Positions 40,303 to 50,857 of a DNA stretch of 64,000 bases are shown piece after piece (position 1 is the first letter of the stretch; each line of letters begins with the position of its first letter). Origin of the DNA: Pseudomonadota bacterium. Its GTDB lineage: Bacteria > Pseudomonadota > Gammaproteobacteria > Acidiferrobacterales > UBA6901. A program made the position numbers and the translations under genes. Location of the stretch: the NCBI GenBank assembly GCA_021778035.1, contig JAJYCY010000002.1, forward strand, positions 12,580 through 76,579, read 5' to 3'. The notes beneath the pieces are model-generated. The model was given only the letters and a program-made list of their open reading frames with translations, did not search any database and was not told the DNA's origin.

Positions 40303-42000
40303 ATGAGCAGCGGCAAACCGGACAGACCTGCATCCTGGATCAAGGACCTGCTGATACTGGGCTTTGTCATCGGCCTGCTTTTCAGTTTCATGCTTGGCAG
40401 CCGCGCCTTCTGGGAGCCGGACGAGGGCCGTTACGTCGAGATACCGCGGGAGATGGTTGCCACCGGCAATTACGTCACGCCGCGCCTCGATGGCGTCATC
40501 TACCTGGAAAAACCGGCTCTGTTCTACTGGCTCGAAAGCGCATCAATCAAGCTTTTCGGACTCAACCAGTGGAGCATGCGCCTGTGGCCGGCCCTGCTCG
40601 GACTGTTCGGCTGTCTTGCCGTCTACATTGCGGGGCGCCGCCTGTACGGACGGCCAGCGGGCCTGATCGCGGCAATCGTGCTGGCGACGGATGTCCTTTA
40701 CTACGCGCTCGCACGCATCATCACGATCGACATGCCGATCACGGCACTGCTCAGCATATCGATGCTGGCATTCCTGCTTGGCACCCGGGAACCGCCCGGT
40801 CTGCGGCGTCGCGGGCTCATGTGGGCATTCTACGCGTTTGCCGCCCTGGCATTGCTGGCGAAAGGCCTGATTGGCATCGTATTTCCCGGAATGGTGATCG
40901 GCGCCTGGATCCTGGTGCGCAACGACTGGAAGCTGCTGCGCTCGATATACCTTCCGAGCGGCCTCGTGCTGCTGCTGGCCATCGCCGCCCCCTGGCATAT
41001 CCTGGTCGCGCGTGCCAATCCCACGTTTCTGCACTACTACTTCATCCGCCAGCATTTCGAGCGCTATCTCACGACCGTGGCCCACCGCTACGAACCGGTA
41101 TGGTTTTTCGTGCCGATCACCCTGGCGGGGCTGTACCCGTGGACGGCGTTCCTGTTCCAGGCACTGCGGCGCAGCTGGCCGGCGTCGTGGGCAGATCGTG
41201 AACAGGAACGCGATGCGCTGTATCTGGTGCTGTGGGCCGGTCTGATCCTCATCTTTTTCTCGTTGTCGGACTCGAAGCTCATCCCCTATATCCTTCCGAT
41301 CTTCCCCCCGCTGGCCATCCTCATCGGACGCTATCTGGCGCCAGCCTGGAACGGTTCTGAAGTACCAGGAATGCGGGCGGGACTGTGGGTGCTGCTCGCC
41401 GCCAGCATTGCGCTCGCGGTGCTGATGGTTGCAGCGCCTGCGCTGACTGCTGCCAATCCCAACATCGGCATCTACGTGGCCATGCTGAGCCGCTACCTCT
41501 ACGCCATGGCGGCAACACTGGCCGCGGGTAGCGTTGTGGCGCTCGTCTTCGCCTACCGCCGGCGTCCGCTGGCAGCACTCGTGACTACCGCCATCATGGG
41601 CGGTCTTTTCCTGAGCATACTGTCGTCGGGCCTGCCCCTCATGAACAGCAGGAACTCCGTAAAGGCCCTCGCCATGGACCTCAAACCGCTGCTCGGACCG
41701 CACACCGAGGTCATGAACTACCATGCCTACTACCAGGATCTGCCGGCATATATTGGCCGCACGGTGACGATCGTGGGATTCAAGGGCGAGCTTGCCTACG
41801 GGACGACCCTCGAAAACGACAGCGCCTGGATCATCAATGACCGCACCTTCTGGAAGCGCTGGCAAAGTCACCGGACCATCTATATGCTTACCACCCGCAC
41901 GCTCTACAGACAGCTCCGCGCCGGCCGGAAAGGCCGGTTCCGCCTGCTGGCGACGAGTGGCGACAACGTACTGCTTACCAACACCGGAAACCGAGGATGA
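40303..42000 (+). CDS. arnT: Undecaprenyl-phosphate-L-Ara4N:lipid A transferase-like glycosyltransferase (GT39/ArnT family)
   Basis: Multi-TM. Contains FWEPDEGRYVEIPREM, YLEKPALFYW and a C-terminal periplasmic domain. It heads an arn cluster. The start is taken at ATG 40303. Confidence 0.8.
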   Translation: MSSGKPDRPASWIKDLLILGFVIGLLFSFMLGSRAFWEPDEGRYVEIPREMVATGNYVTPRLDGVIYLEKPALFYWLESASIKLFGLNQWSMRLWPALLGLFGCLAVYIAGRRLYGRPAGLIAAIVLATDVLYYALARIITIDMPITALLSISMLAFLLGTREPPGLRRRGLMWAFYAFAALALLAKGLIGIVFPGMVIGAWILVRNDWKLLRSIYLPSGLVLLLAIAAPWHILVARANPTFLHYYFIRQHFERYLTTVAHRYEPVWFFVPITLAGLYPWTAFLFQALRRSWPASWADREQERDALYLVLWAGLILIFFSLSDSKLIPYILPIFPPLAILIGRYLAPAWNGSEVPGMRAGLWVLLAASIALAVLMVAAPALTAANPNIGIYVAMLSRYLYAMAATLAAGSVVALVFAYRRRPLAALVTTAIMGGLFLSILSSGLPLMNSRNSVKALAMDLKPLLGPHTEVMNYHAYYQDLPAYIGRTVTIVGFKGELAYGTTLENDSAWIINDRTFWKRWQSHRTIYMLTTRTLYRQLRAGRKGRFRLLATSGDNVLLTNTGNRG

Positions 42001-42362
42001 CCTATCTTCCGCTGATACTGCTGGGAGTGCTGCTGAATGCGGCAGCCCAGCTCCTGCTGAAGGAGGGCATGCGCCGCATCGGGCACTTTGCGTTCGCGTG
42101 GTCAAACGTGATCCCGGTAGGGATGCAGATCGCCTTCAGTCCTTTCGTGCTGGCCGGCCTGTTCAGCTATGTCGTGAGCGTCGTGGTCTGGATCCTGGTG
42201 CTCTCGCGCGTCCAGGTGAGCTTTGCCTATCCGATGCTCAGCGTCGGATACATCGTGACTGCCGTGGCCGGCTATTACCTGTTCCACGAGAGCCTTTCGC
42301 CTGCACGCATGGCGGGAATCCTGCTCATTGTCGGCGGCGTATTCCTCGTCACCCGCAGCTGA
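41997..42362 (+). CDS. ArnE/ArnF-like small EamA/SMR-type membrane protein (Ara4N-undecaprenyl phosphate flippase subunit)
   Basis: 121 aa, 4 TM. An ATGA overlap with arnT. It sits inside the arn cluster. Confidence 0.6.
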   Translation: MTYLPLILLGVLLNAAAQLLLKEGMRRIGHFAFAWSNVIPVGMQIAFSPFVLAGLFSYVVSVVVWILVLSRVQVSFAYPMLSVGYIVTAVAGYYLFHESLSPARMAGILLIVGGVFLVTRS

Positions 42363-42373
42363 GGTCGCGCTCA

Positions 42374-43531
42374 ATGACCGATGAGTTTCTGCCGTTTTCC
42401 CGCCCCTCCATCAGCCGCGAGGCCATTGACGAGGTGGTCGCCTGCCTGCAGTCCGGATGGATCACTACCGGACCGCGCGTAAAGAAATTTGAAGAGGCAC
42501 TCGCGGCATATCTCGGCGCGCCACGCGTCCTCGCCCTGTCGTCCGCCACCGCTGGACTGCACCTGGCACTGGCGGCGCTCGACCTCGAGCCCGGCGACGA
42601 GGTGATCACGACACCCATGACCTTCGCGGCAACGCTGAACACCATCGTGCTGGCCGGCGGGAAACCGGTGCTTGTTGATGTGGAGCCAGGCACGTACAAC
42701 ATGGATGTGCGCCAGCTGTCCGGCGCCGTCACCAGCCGTACGCGCGCCATCATGCCCGTGCACTTCGCCGGCATGCCGGTCGACATGGACCCCCTGTACG
42801 CGGTTGCCGCCAGCCATAGACTGCACGTAATCGAGGATGCGGCCCACGCAATCGGAACGGAGTACCGCGGGCGGCGCATCGGCGGCTTCGGCGATACCCA
42901 GGTTTTCAGTTTCCATCCGAACAAGAACATAACAACCGGCGAGGGTGGTGCGGTCACTACCCGCAATCCGGAACTGGCGGACCGCATTGCCCTGCTGCGC
43001 TTCCACGGCATGGACCGGGAGGCCTGGAACCGCTTCGGCAAGACCGGGAACCAGCATTACGAGATCGTGACGCCCGGATACAAATACAACATGATGGACA
43101 TGCAGGCGGCGCTCGGCCTGCACCAGCTTCCGGCGCTTGAATCGTTCATCCACCGCCGTACCGAGATTGCCCGGCGTTACCAGGAACAGCTCGCGGACTG
43201 GCCACAGTGGACGCTGCCGGCCACGCCTGACTACCCGCATCGCCACGCCTGGCACCTCTACACGCCGCTCATCAACCCGCAGGCAGCCGGGATGGACCGC
43301 GATGCCTTCATGCAGAAAATGAAGGAACGGAACATCGGTACCGGCCTCCACTACCGCGCGGTGCACCTCTATCCGTACTATCGCGACCGCTTCGGTTTCA
43401 GGCGCGGCGACTTCCCGAATGCCGAAAGCATTTCCGACAGGATCGTCAGTCTGCCGCTGTTTCCGGCGATGACCGATAGCGACCAGGAACGGGTGCTGGC
43501 GGCGATGTCAGGCCTGTTTCAGGGAACATAG
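42374..43531 (+). CDS. arnB: UDP-4-amino-4-deoxy-L-arabinose--oxoglutarate aminotransferase (DegT/DnrJ/EryC1 family)
   Basis: Starts MTDEFLPFSRPSISREAIDEVV, has SATAGLHLAL and FHPNKNITTGEGG (PLP Lys). The long upstream extension in the ORF track is discounted. Confidence 0.9.
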   Translation: MTDEFLPFSRPSISREAIDEVVACLQSGWITTGPRVKKFEEALAAYLGAPRVLALSSATAGLHLALAALDLEPGDEVITTPMTFAATLNTIVLAGGKPVLVDVEPGTYNMDVRQLSGAVTSRTRAIMPVHFAGMPVDMDPLYAVAASHRLHVIEDAAHAIGTEYRGRRIGGFGDTQVFSFHPNKNITTGEGGAVTTRNPELADRIALLRFHGMDREAWNRFGKTGNQHYEIVTPGYKYNMMDMQAALGLHQLPALESFIHRRTEIARRYQEQLADWPQWTLPATPDYPHRHAWHLYTPLINPQAAGMDRDAFMQKMKERNIGTGLHYRAVHLYPYYRDRFGFRRGDFPNAESISDRIVSLPLFPAMTDSDQERVLAAMSGLFQGT

Positions 43532-44509
43532 ATGATGACGCGCCCCTATCTGAGCGTGGTAGTGCCCGTGTATAACGAGGAAGCCAACCTCGAGGCCCTG
43601 TTTTTGCGCCTGACCACCGCGCTGGAACAGATCGGCAAGCCGTATGAGATGGTATTCACCAACGATGGCAGCCGTGACAGCTCGGGAATGCTGCTGGAAC
43701 AGTTCCACCGCCAGCGGCCCGACCAGGTGAGCGTCATCGATTTCAACGGAAATTTCGGCCAGCACATGGCGATCATGGCGGCATTTGAACGGGTGCGCGG
43801 AGACGTGGTCGTGACTCTCGACGCGGACCTGCAGAATCCGCCCGAGGAGATCCCCAAGCTGCTTGCGGCAATCGAGGCCGGCCATGATGTGGTGGGCGGG
43901 TACCGCAAGGACCGTCGCGACACGCTGTTCCGGCGTTTTGCCTCGCGGCTCATCAATTCGCTGCGGGCACGCATCACCCATATCCGCATGCGCGACCAGG
44001 GCTGCATGCTGCGTGCCTACCGGCGCGGGATCGTGGAAAACATCAATGCGAGCAACGAAACGTCGACGTTCATTCCGGCACTGGCATACAGTTTCGCGGC
44101 CAATCCCACTGAAGTCGAAGTGGAGCACCGCGCCCGCGCTGCCGGGAAATCCAAATACCGGCTGTATGACCTGGTGCGCCTGAACTTCGATCTGATGACC
44201 GGATTTTCCATGGTGCCGCTGCAGATGTTTACGATGTTCGGGATACTCATCTCCATCATGAGCGCACTGTTCGTGGTCTATCTGTTCATCCGGCGCATCG
44301 TAATCGGACCGGAAGTACAGGGCGTATTCACGCTGTTTGCCATCCTTTATTTCCTGGTGGGTGTCGGCATCATGGGTCTTGGCATCATCGGTGAGTACGT
44401 GGGGCGCATATACCAGGAAGTGCGGCGCAGGCCGCGTTTTGTCATCAGGCGGATCCTGTCTTCCGGATCCGGGCCGGAACTGGCGCAGGAGGCCAGCGGC
44501 AGTGACTAG
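43532..44509 (+). CDS. arnC: Undecaprenyl-phosphate 4-deoxy-4-formamido-L-arabinose transferase (GT2)
   Basis: Contains LSVVVPVYNEEANL, DADLQNPPEEIP and two C-terminal TM helices. Confidence 0.9.
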   Translation: MMTRPYLSVVVPVYNEEANLEALFLRLTTALEQIGKPYEMVFTNDGSRDSSGMLLEQFHRQRPDQVSVIDFNGNFGQHMAIMAAFERVRGDVVVTLDADLQNPPEEIPKLLAAIEAGHDVVGGYRKDRRDTLFRRFASRLINSLRARITHIRMRDQGCMLRAYRRGIVENINASNETSTFIPALAYSFAANPTEVEVEHRARAAGKSKYRLYDLVRLNFDLMTGFSMVPLQMFTMFGILISIMSALFVVYLFIRRIVIGPEVQGVFTLFAILYFLVGVGIMGLGIIGEYVGRIYQEVRRRPRFVIRRILSSGSGPELAQEASGSD

Positions 44510-45470
44510 GCCAGCGACGGTGGTTTTTGCCTACCATGACGTCGGCTACGAATGTCTTCAGGCACTGATCGGGAACGGGTCGAATGTTGTGGCGGTGTTC
44601 ACCCACGATGACGATCCCGCGGAAAAAATCTGGTTCAAGTCGGTATCAGCCCTGGCGCGCGAACATGGCATACCCGTGCATGCTCCTGCTTCGGTCAACA
44701 CGCCCGGCTGGATCAACCGCATTCGCGAGCTGCGGCCGCAGATCCTGTTTTCGTTCTACTACCGGAACCTGATCTGCCAGGAAATCCTCGATATTCCCGC
44801 GCTCGGGGCCTTCAATATGCATGGGTCCCTGCTTCCGCGCTACCGCGGGCGCGTGCCGGTTAACTGGGCCGTGCTGAACGGCGAAACGCACACCGGGGCC
44901 ACCTTGCACGTCATGGTGAAGCGCCCCGATGCCGGCGATATCGTGGACCAGGAAGAGGTGCTGATCGGACCTGCCGACACGGCCCTCCAGGTGTTCGGCA
45001 GGGTCACAGCCGCGGCGCGACAAGTCCTTGTGCGGCAGATCGACGCAATCGAGGCGGGCAGACCGCCCCGTCGCGTCCAGGACGAGGCGATGGCGAGCTA
45101 TTTCGGCGGGCGCCGTCCGGAGGATGGTCGCATCGACTGGACGCAGCCCGCACAGCGCATTTACAACCTGATCCGCGCGGTTACCCATCCTTATCCGGGG
45201 GCTTTCACCGAACTGGATGGCCGCCGCCTCTATCTCTGGCGGGCTGTGCCGCGGCTGGAGGGAACCGGTATTCCTGGTGAGGTGCTTTCGACCGAGCCAC
45301 TGATTGTGGCTACGGGCAGCGGATGTCTGGACGTCATCACGCTGCAGTGGCAGAACGGGGCGGAACAGGCGGCAGCGGACGGCCAGCACGGCCTGCGCCG
45401 GGGTTTGCGGCTTGGCGTGGCATTGGCTGCGCCCGGCCAGAGTGTTCAGATATTTTCAACGGAGACATGA
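44502..45470 (+). CDS. arnA: UDP-L-Ara4N formyltransferase (stand-alone ArnA N-terminal domain)
   Basis: GTG at 44502 overlaps the arnC stop. Contains [34 protein letters not shown] and HPYPGAF. Confidence 0.85.
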   Translation: MTRPATVVFAYHDVGYECLQALIGNGSNVVAVFTHDDDPAEKIWFKSVSALAREHGIPVHAPASVNTPGWINRIRELRPQILFSFYYRNLICQEILDIPALGAFNMHGSLLPRYRGRVPVNWAVLNGETHTGATLHVMVKRPDAGDIVDQEEVLIGPADTALQVFGRVTAAARQVLVRQIDAIEAGRPPRRVQDEAMASYFGGRRPEDGRIDWTQPAQRIYNLIRAVTHPYPGAFTELDGRRLYLWRAVPRLEGTGIPGEVLSTEPLIVATGSGCLDVITLQWQNGAEQAAADGQHGLRRGLRLGVALAAPGQSVQIFSTET

Positions 45471-45471
45471 C

Positions 45472-46512
45472 ATGAGTCTTAAGGTTCTCATTCTCGGCGT
45501 CAACGGTTTCATCGGCAACAGCCTCACCCAGCATATTCTCGAAAAGAAGGACTGGGAGGTCTACGGAATGGACATGAGCGCCGACAAGCTCGGCGAATGC
45601 CTCGGAGACAAGCGTTTCCATTTTGTCGAAGGCGATATCACCATCAACCGCGAATGGATCGAGTATCACGTCAAGAAATGCGACGTGGTGCTACCCCTGG
45701 TTGCCATCGCAACCCCCGCCACATACGTGATCGATCCGCTGCGCGTATTCGAACTCGATTTCGAGGCCAATCTTCATATCGTGCGCATGTGCGTGCGCTA
45801 TGGCAAGCGCGTGCTGTTTCCGTCGACCTCGGAAGTCTATGGAATGAGTTCTGATACGGAATTCGACGAAGAAAACACCAACCTTGTGCTCGGACCCATC
45901 CACAAGCAGCGCTGGATCTATTCGTGTTCGAAGCAGCTCATGGACCGCGTGATTTTCGCCTACGGCGCCAAGGAAGGATTGCGGTTCACCTTATTCCGGC
46001 CGTTCAACTGGATCGGACCGAAACTCGATAATATTTTCGAACCCAAGGAAGGAAGCTCCCGGGTGCTGACGCAGTTCATCGGGAATATCCTGCGCGGCAA
46101 GGATATCCGGCTGGTCGATGGTGGCGAGCAGCGGCGCAGCTTCACCTATATCGATGACGGCGTTGATGCACTGCTGCGCATCATCGAGAACCGTGACGGA
46201 TGCGCCGACGGCCGTATCTTCAACATCGGTAACCCGGCAAACGACATGTCGATCCGCCAGCTGGCGGAAACGCTTGTGGCGCTCATCAAGACCTACCCGA
46301 AGTACGCCAAGCTCGCCGACGATGTCAAGCTGGTTGTTACGAGCTCGGGCGAGTACTACGGGAAGGGATACCAGGACATTCTCACGCGCGTACCATCGAT
46401 CCGGAATGCACAGAAACATCTCGGCTGGAGTCCGGTCACGGATCTGAAAACCGCGCTGCGCAAAACACTCGACTACCATCTCGGTCGTCCGACTCAGGAG
46501 CTTGAAAACTGA
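45472..46512 (+). CDS. arnA: UDP-glucuronate oxidative decarboxylase (stand-alone ArnA C-terminal domain, SDR)
   Basis: Contains [22 protein letters not shown] and [11 protein letters not shown] (YxxxK). Its ATG is 1 nt after the formyltransferase stop. Confidence 0.85.
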   Translation: MSLKVLILGVNGFIGNSLTQHILEKKDWEVYGMDMSADKLGECLGDKRFHFVEGDITINREWIEYHVKKCDVVLPLVAIATPATYVIDPLRVFELDFEANLHIVRMCVRYGKRVLFPSTSEVYGMSSDTEFDEENTNLVLGPIHKQRWIYSCSKQLMDRVIFAYGAKEGLRFTLFRPFNWIGPKLDNIFEPKEGSSRVLTQFIGNILRGKDIRLVDGGEQRRSFTYIDDGVDALLRIIENRDGCADGRIFNIGNPANDMSIRQLAETLVALIKTYPKYAKLADDVKLVVTSSGEYYGKGYQDILTRVPSIRNAQKHLGWSPVTDLKTALRKTLDYHLGRPTQELEN

Positions 46513-46523
46513 CAGACCTGCCC

Positions 46524-47432
46524 ATGTCTGCCGGCGTGCTTTCGATAAAGGTCGACGTCGACACCGACCGTGGAACGCGGATCGGGGTACCGGCACTGCT
46601 TGCGGTATTCCAGCAGCTGGGAATCAGCGCAACCTTCCTTTTTTCTCTCGGCCCCGACAACACGGGGCGTGCGATCAGGCGCGTGTTCCGTCCCGGCTTT
46701 TTCACGAAGGCCGCGCGCACCAATGTTGTAGCGATGTATGGAATCCGCACCCTGCTCAATGGCGTTCTGCTTCCGGGGCCTCATATCGGGCGGCGCAACG
46801 AGGCGGTCATGCGCAGTACGCGCGCACATGGCCACGAAGTCGGGATTCACTGCTACGACCACATCCGCTGGCAGGACGGGCTTGCCACGATGGAAGCGAC
46901 CGAGGTGGCAGAAGAACTCGGCAAGGCGCGTCATGAATTTTTCCGTATTTTCGGCGAACCCGCCGCCACCGCCGGGGCAGCAGGCTGGCAGGCCAACGCG
47001 CACAGCCTTGAGGCCTACGACAGTGCCGGCCTGCGTTACGCGAGCGACGCCCGCGGAACACATCCGTTTCTGCCGCGCGTGGGGCAGAAGGTCTTCAATA
47101 CGCTGCAGATTCCAACCACGCTGCCGACCCTGGACGAGCTGCTCGGCCGCCGGGGTTACTCCGAACTGCAGATCCTGGATCTGTACCTCGGGAAGCTGCG
47201 CACCGGCGGTCTGCATGTACTGACGGTGCATGCGGAGATCGAGGGAATGAGCAAGCTGCCCCTGTTCCGGGAGTTCCTGGCCCGCGCACTGGCCCTTCCT
47301 GTCCGCATACAGAGACTGTGCGATATCGCCGAGGAGCGGCTGCGCACACCCCAGGATATTCCAGTATGTGATCTGACGCAGGGTGAGGTGGACGGCCGCT
47401 CGGGCACGCTGGCGGTCCAGCGCTGCGCCTGA
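46524..47432 (+). CDS. arnD: 4-deoxy-4-formamido-L-arabinose-phosphoundecaprenol deformylase (polysaccharide deacetylase family)
   Basis: Contains LSIKVDVDTDRGT, FSLGPDN and HEVGIHCYDH (NodB-type). It is the last gene of the arn cluster. Confidence 0.85.
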   Translation: MSAGVLSIKVDVDTDRGTRIGVPALLAVFQQLGISATFLFSLGPDNTGRAIRRVFRPGFFTKAARTNVVAMYGIRTLLNGVLLPGPHIGRRNEAVMRSTRAHGHEVGIHCYDHIRWQDGLATMEATEVAEELGKARHEFFRIFGEPAATAGAAGWQANAHSLEAYDSAGLRYASDARGTHPFLPRVGQKVFNTLQIPTTLPTLDELLGRRGYSELQILDLYLGKLRTGGLHVLTVHAEIEGMSKLPLFREFLARALALPVRIQRLCDIAEERLRTPQDIPVCDLTQGEVDGRSGTLAVQRCA

Positions 47433-47462
47433 GCAGACGGCCTGCGCGTGCCAGGCCGGCGG

Positions 47463-48467
47463 TCAGGTTCCGGTCTGGACGGGATCCACGGCTGCCCCGG
47501 TATCCGCTGGCATGGGCCGCAGCCCGAGCTTGTCAAACAGGGCCATATCCTCATCGGTCTGCGGATTGGGCGTGGTAAGCAGGCGGTCGCCGTAGAAAAC
47601 GGAATTGGCGCCGGCGAAAAAGCACAATGCCTGCAGCTCCTCAGGCATGCCGCGGCGTCCGGCGGACAGCCGGATTAAGCTGCGAGGCAGAGCAACCCGC
47701 GCCGCCGCGACCGTGCGCACGAACTCGATGGGATCGAGTGCTGGCGAATCTCCGAGCGGGGTCCCCGGGATCCGCACCAGCAGATTGATCGGCACGCTTT
47801 CCGGCTGTGGATCCATGGCCGCGAGCTGGGCGATGAGCCCGGCGCGGTCCGCACGCCGTTCGCCCATGCCGACGATGCCACCGCTACAGACCTTGATGCC
47901 TGCCCCACGCACAAGCTTCAGCGTATCAATGCGGTCCTGCCATCCGTGCGTATGGACCACCGTGTCATAGTATTCCGGCGCGGTATCGATATTGTGGTTA
48001 TAGTAATCGAGCCCGGCTTGTGCGAGCTGCTGCGCCTGATCACCGTGCAGCATCCCGAGGGTGGCGCAGGTCTCAAGCCCCATGGCATGCACGGCTCGGA
48101 CCATGTCGAGCACCGGATCGAGGTCCCGCTGCTTCGGACCACGCCATGCTGCCCCCATGCAGAAGCGGGTCGCGCCACGTTCCTTTGCAGCGCGTGCGGC
48201 TCCGACTACTTCATCGAGTGGCATGAGCGACTGGTTCCCGACCCCGGTATGGTAACGGGCCGACTGCGAACAGTAGCCGCAGTCTTCTGAACAGCCCCCG
48301 GTTTTGATGGACAGGAGCGTACTCACCTGCACTGCGTTGGGGTCAAAATGCTGCCGGTGCACAACCTGCGCACGATAGAGCAGGTCATTGAATGGCAAGT
48401 CAAACAGGGCGCTGACCTGTTCTGCGGTCATGGTGGACATGGGTTTACTCGCAGCCTGGTGAAGCAC
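47463..48467 (-). CDS. bioB: Biotin synthase
   Basis: Radical SAM motif [11 protein letters not shown], plus YNHNIDT and the GIVGMGE region. 334 aa. Confidence 0.95.
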   Translation of the reverse strand: MLHQAASKPMSTMTAEQVSALFDLPFNDLLYRAQVVHRQHFDPNAVQVSTLLSIKTGGCSEDCGYCSQSARYHTGVGNQSLMPLDEVVGAARAAKERGATRFCMGAAWRGPKQRDLDPVLDMVRAVHAMGLETCATLGMLHGDQAQQLAQAGLDYYNHNIDTAPEYYDTVVHTHGWQDRIDTLKLVRGAGIKVCSGGIVGMGERRADRAGLIAQLAAMDPQPESVPINLLVRIPGTPLGDSPALDPIEFVRTVAAARVALPRSLIRLSAGRRGMPEELQALCFFAGANSVFYGDRLLTTPNPQTDEDMALFDKLGLRPMPADTGAAVDPVQTGT

Positions 48468-48493
48468 GCGAAACTAGGCGAAGCAGCCGCGAT

Positions 48494-48524
48494 TGTCAAC
48501 TCTCCCGGGCCCATTCGGTTGACA
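48494..48524. promoter_or_regulatory. Candidate BirA operator upstream of bioB
   Basis: TGTCAAC-N17-GTTGACA is a perfect 7-bp inverted repeat, 27-57 bp upstream of the bioB ATG. It resembles the TGT(A/T)AAC...GTT(A/T)ACA BirA site class. Confidence 0.5.
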
Positions 48525-48531
48525 GCCGCTC

Positions 48532-49275
48532 CTAGCCGAGACGACGCTGGATCAACGCAAGGCTGGTGAGATGCACGTACTTGCCACGGACCGTAAGCAG
48601 GCCTTCTTCCTGGAAACGCGAAAACAGGCGGCTGACGGTCTCCAGAGCCAAACCCAGATAATCGCCGAGGTCCTGGCGGGACATGTGGAGCCTGATATCG
48701 GTGGCTGACAGACCGAGCTGCGCCTGGCGCTGGGAAAAATTGTACAGACAGGCCAACATGCGCTCGTCGGCGCTCATCTTGCCGATCATCAGCAGAAGCT
48801 GGCTTTCACGACCGATCTCGCCGCTCATCATGCGCAGCAGCTGGTGCTGCAGCCCGCTGATCTGTCGCGCGAGCTCCTCCAGCCTGCGCCAGGGGATCTC
48901 GCAGACCTCCGAGGTCTCGAGCGCTTCGGCATTACAACGGTGCCGGTTGCTATCGATTGCGTCGATCCCCAGAATCTCGCCGGGCAACTGGAACCCGGTG
49001 ATCTGGACGCGCCCGTCTCCTAGCAGCTCCGAGGTTTTCATTGCGCCGGAGCGTACTGCGTAGAGCGCCTGGAACGGTTCGCCCATGCGGTACAGGTGTC
49101 CTCCCTTGCGCACAGTACGTCGCCGTTTGACGATCTGATCGAGCGCCGCAAGATCCGGTTCGTCCAGCCCGAGCGGCAGGCATAGCTCCCGCAGCGAGCA
49201 ATCCCGGCAGGCTGTCTTGATGTCGGCAATGCTGATGACGGCGCCGCTCAGGGCGCGGATGGTGGCGTCAGACAC
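48532..49275 (-). CDS. fnr: FNR/ANR-type oxygen-sensing transcriptional regulator (CRP/FNR family)
   Basis: N-terminal Cys cluster ACRDCSLRELC plus an internal Cys (HRCNAEA). A cNMP-like barrel. HTH with the E--SR recognition motif (LALETVSRLF). GTG start at 49275, 7 nt after AAGGAG. It lies next to hemN, as anr does in pseudomonads. Confidence 0.9.
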   Translation of the reverse strand: MSDATIRALSGAVISIADIKTACRDCSLRELCLPLGLDEPDLAALDQIVKRRRTVRKGGHLYRMGEPFQALYAVRSGAMKTSELLGDGRVQITGFQLPGEILGIDAIDSNRHRCNAEALETSEVCEIPWRRLEELARQISGLQHQLLRMMSGEIGRESQLLLMIGKMSADERMLACLYNFSQRQAQLGLSATDIRLHMSRQDLGDYLGLALETVSRLFSRFQEEGLLTVRGKYVHLTSLALIQRRLG

Positions 49276-49459
49276 AGTCCAGTCTCCTTCTGGCAGGACC
49301 GGACCTCTCGGGCAGCACCGTGCCTCTGCATGCCTGGCCGGTTCCGGTACGCGATGACTGCGTACATCCGCACTTTCCCGGTGCGGGGCGGGCATGCCTA
49401 TTTTTGTATGACCCGAATACCGATTGCAACCGGCCTGCGCCGGGAAAGGACCCGGTAAC

Positions 49460-50857
49460 TCAGATCACCTTCGAAAACCGCTGCTGTTTCTGGGCCCGCA
49501 GATACCGGTCAAAGACCATGCATATGTTGCGGATAAGCAGCTTGCCGGCCGGCAGCACCCGGATGACGTGCTGATCAACTGCGAGCAGGCCATCGTTTTC
49601 CATGGAACGCAGTTCCTGCAGTTCGTGCGCAAAGTAATCCGCGAAATCAACCGAATACTGCCTGCCGATCGCATCCATCTCGAGCTCGAAGTGACAGATC
49701 ATCCGGGTAATGACCTCGCGCCGCAGCAGATCGTCGTGACTGAGCTCCACGCCACGCATCACCGGCAGCCGGTCCTGGTCGATCAGGGCGTGATAGTCCT
49801 CCTGCCCGCGTACATTCTGGCTGTAGCTTGCGCCGACTTTTCCGATCGCGGAGATCCCGAGCCCCACCAGATCGCAGTCGGCGTGCGTGGAATAGCCCTG
49901 GAAATTGCGATAAAGGGTTCCGCTGCGCTGGGCAACCGCAAGTTCGTCATCCGGACGCGCGAAATGATCCATCCCTATGTACACATATCCGGCGGCACCC
50001 AGTCTGTCCATGGTGAGCTGCAGGATGTCGAGTTTCTCTGCCGGAGTCGGCAGGTCTGCGGCTTCGATGCGGCGCTGTGGCTTGAACAGCTCCGGAAGAT
50101 GCGCGTAATTGAACACCGACAGCCGTTCGGGAGCTGCGGCAATAATGCGGTCAAGCGTGCGGCCAAAGCTCTCTCTGGACTGGTGAGGAAGCCCGTAGAT
50201 CAGGTCGATGTTGGCGGAGCGGAATCCATGCTTCCTGGCAGCATCCAGCACCGCCACGGTCTCCTGCTCAGTCTGCACGCGATTGACCGCCTTCTGCACC
50301 TGCGGATCGAAATCCTGGACACCCAGACTGACGCGGTTGAATCCGAGCTCGCGCAGCAGGCGCATTTCCGGCTCACCGGCCGTGCGCGGGTCAATCTCGA
50401 TGGAATATTCACCGCCGTCATCGCTGCGCAGGCTAAAGTGCGCCCGCAGCGTGTCCATGAGCGCACGCATCTCCTCCGGCGAGATAAACGTCGGGGTCCC
50501 GCCACCCCAGTGAAGCTGATTGACCGGACGCGAACGGTCGAACAGGGACCCCTGCAGCGCGATTTCCCGGAACAGCCGCTGCAGGTACGGAGCGGCACGC
50601 GAATGGTCCTTGGTGACGATCTTGTTGCAAGCGCAGTAGTAGCACACCGTGTCACAGAACGGCAGGTGCACATACAGCGAGAGCGGAGGTGCCGGATCGC
50701 CGGCATTGCTGCGCGCGGCCCAGCTCCGGTACTGTTCCTCGCCAAAACCCTCATGGAACTGTACTGCGGTCGGATACGAAGTGTAGCGCGGCCCGGCCTT
50801 GTCGTATCGGCGCAGCAGCTCCGGCTCGAATTTGATTGTGTGGTTCATGATTGGCAT
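49460..50857 (-). CDS. hemN: Oxygen-independent coproporphyrinogen III oxidase (radical SAM)
   Basis: Contains GPRYTSYPTA, YVHLPFCDTVCYYCACN (CxxxCxxC) and GGGTPT. 465 aa. Confidence 0.95.
   Translation of the reverse strand: MPIMNHTIKFEPELLRRYDKAGPRYTSYPTAVQFHEGFGEEQYRSWAARSNAGDPAPPLSLYVHLPFCDTVCYYCACNKIVTKDHSRAAPYLQRLFREIALQGSLFDRSRPVNQLHWGGGTPTFISPEEMRALMDTLRAHFSLRSDDGGEYSIEIDPRTAGEPEMRLLRELGFNRVSLGVQDFDPQVQKAVNRVQTEQETVAVLDAARKHGFRSANIDLIYGLPHQSRESFGRTLDRIIAAAPERLSVFNYAHLPELFKPQRRIEAADLPTPAEKLDILQLTMDRLGAAGYVYIGMDHFARPDDELAVAQRSGTLYRNFQGYSTHADCDLVGLGISAIGKVGASYSQNVRGQEDYHALIDQDRLPVMRGVELSHDDLLRREVITRMICHFELEMDAIGRQYSVDFADYFAHELQELRSMENDGLLAVDQHVIRVLPAGKLLIRNICMVFDRYLRAQKQQRFSKVI

Noticed and set aside
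41792-42373. The long N-terminal extension of the arnB ORF (track start 41792), with similar extensions for ubiU (to 55575), the YhcC-like gene (to 56465), the small rSAM gene (to 57088), ubiE (to 17553) and grxC (to 8308).
   Set aside because: The extensions overlap upstream genes and are compositionally shadow-like. Family-conserved N-termini begin at internal ATGs with coupling overlaps or SD sequences.
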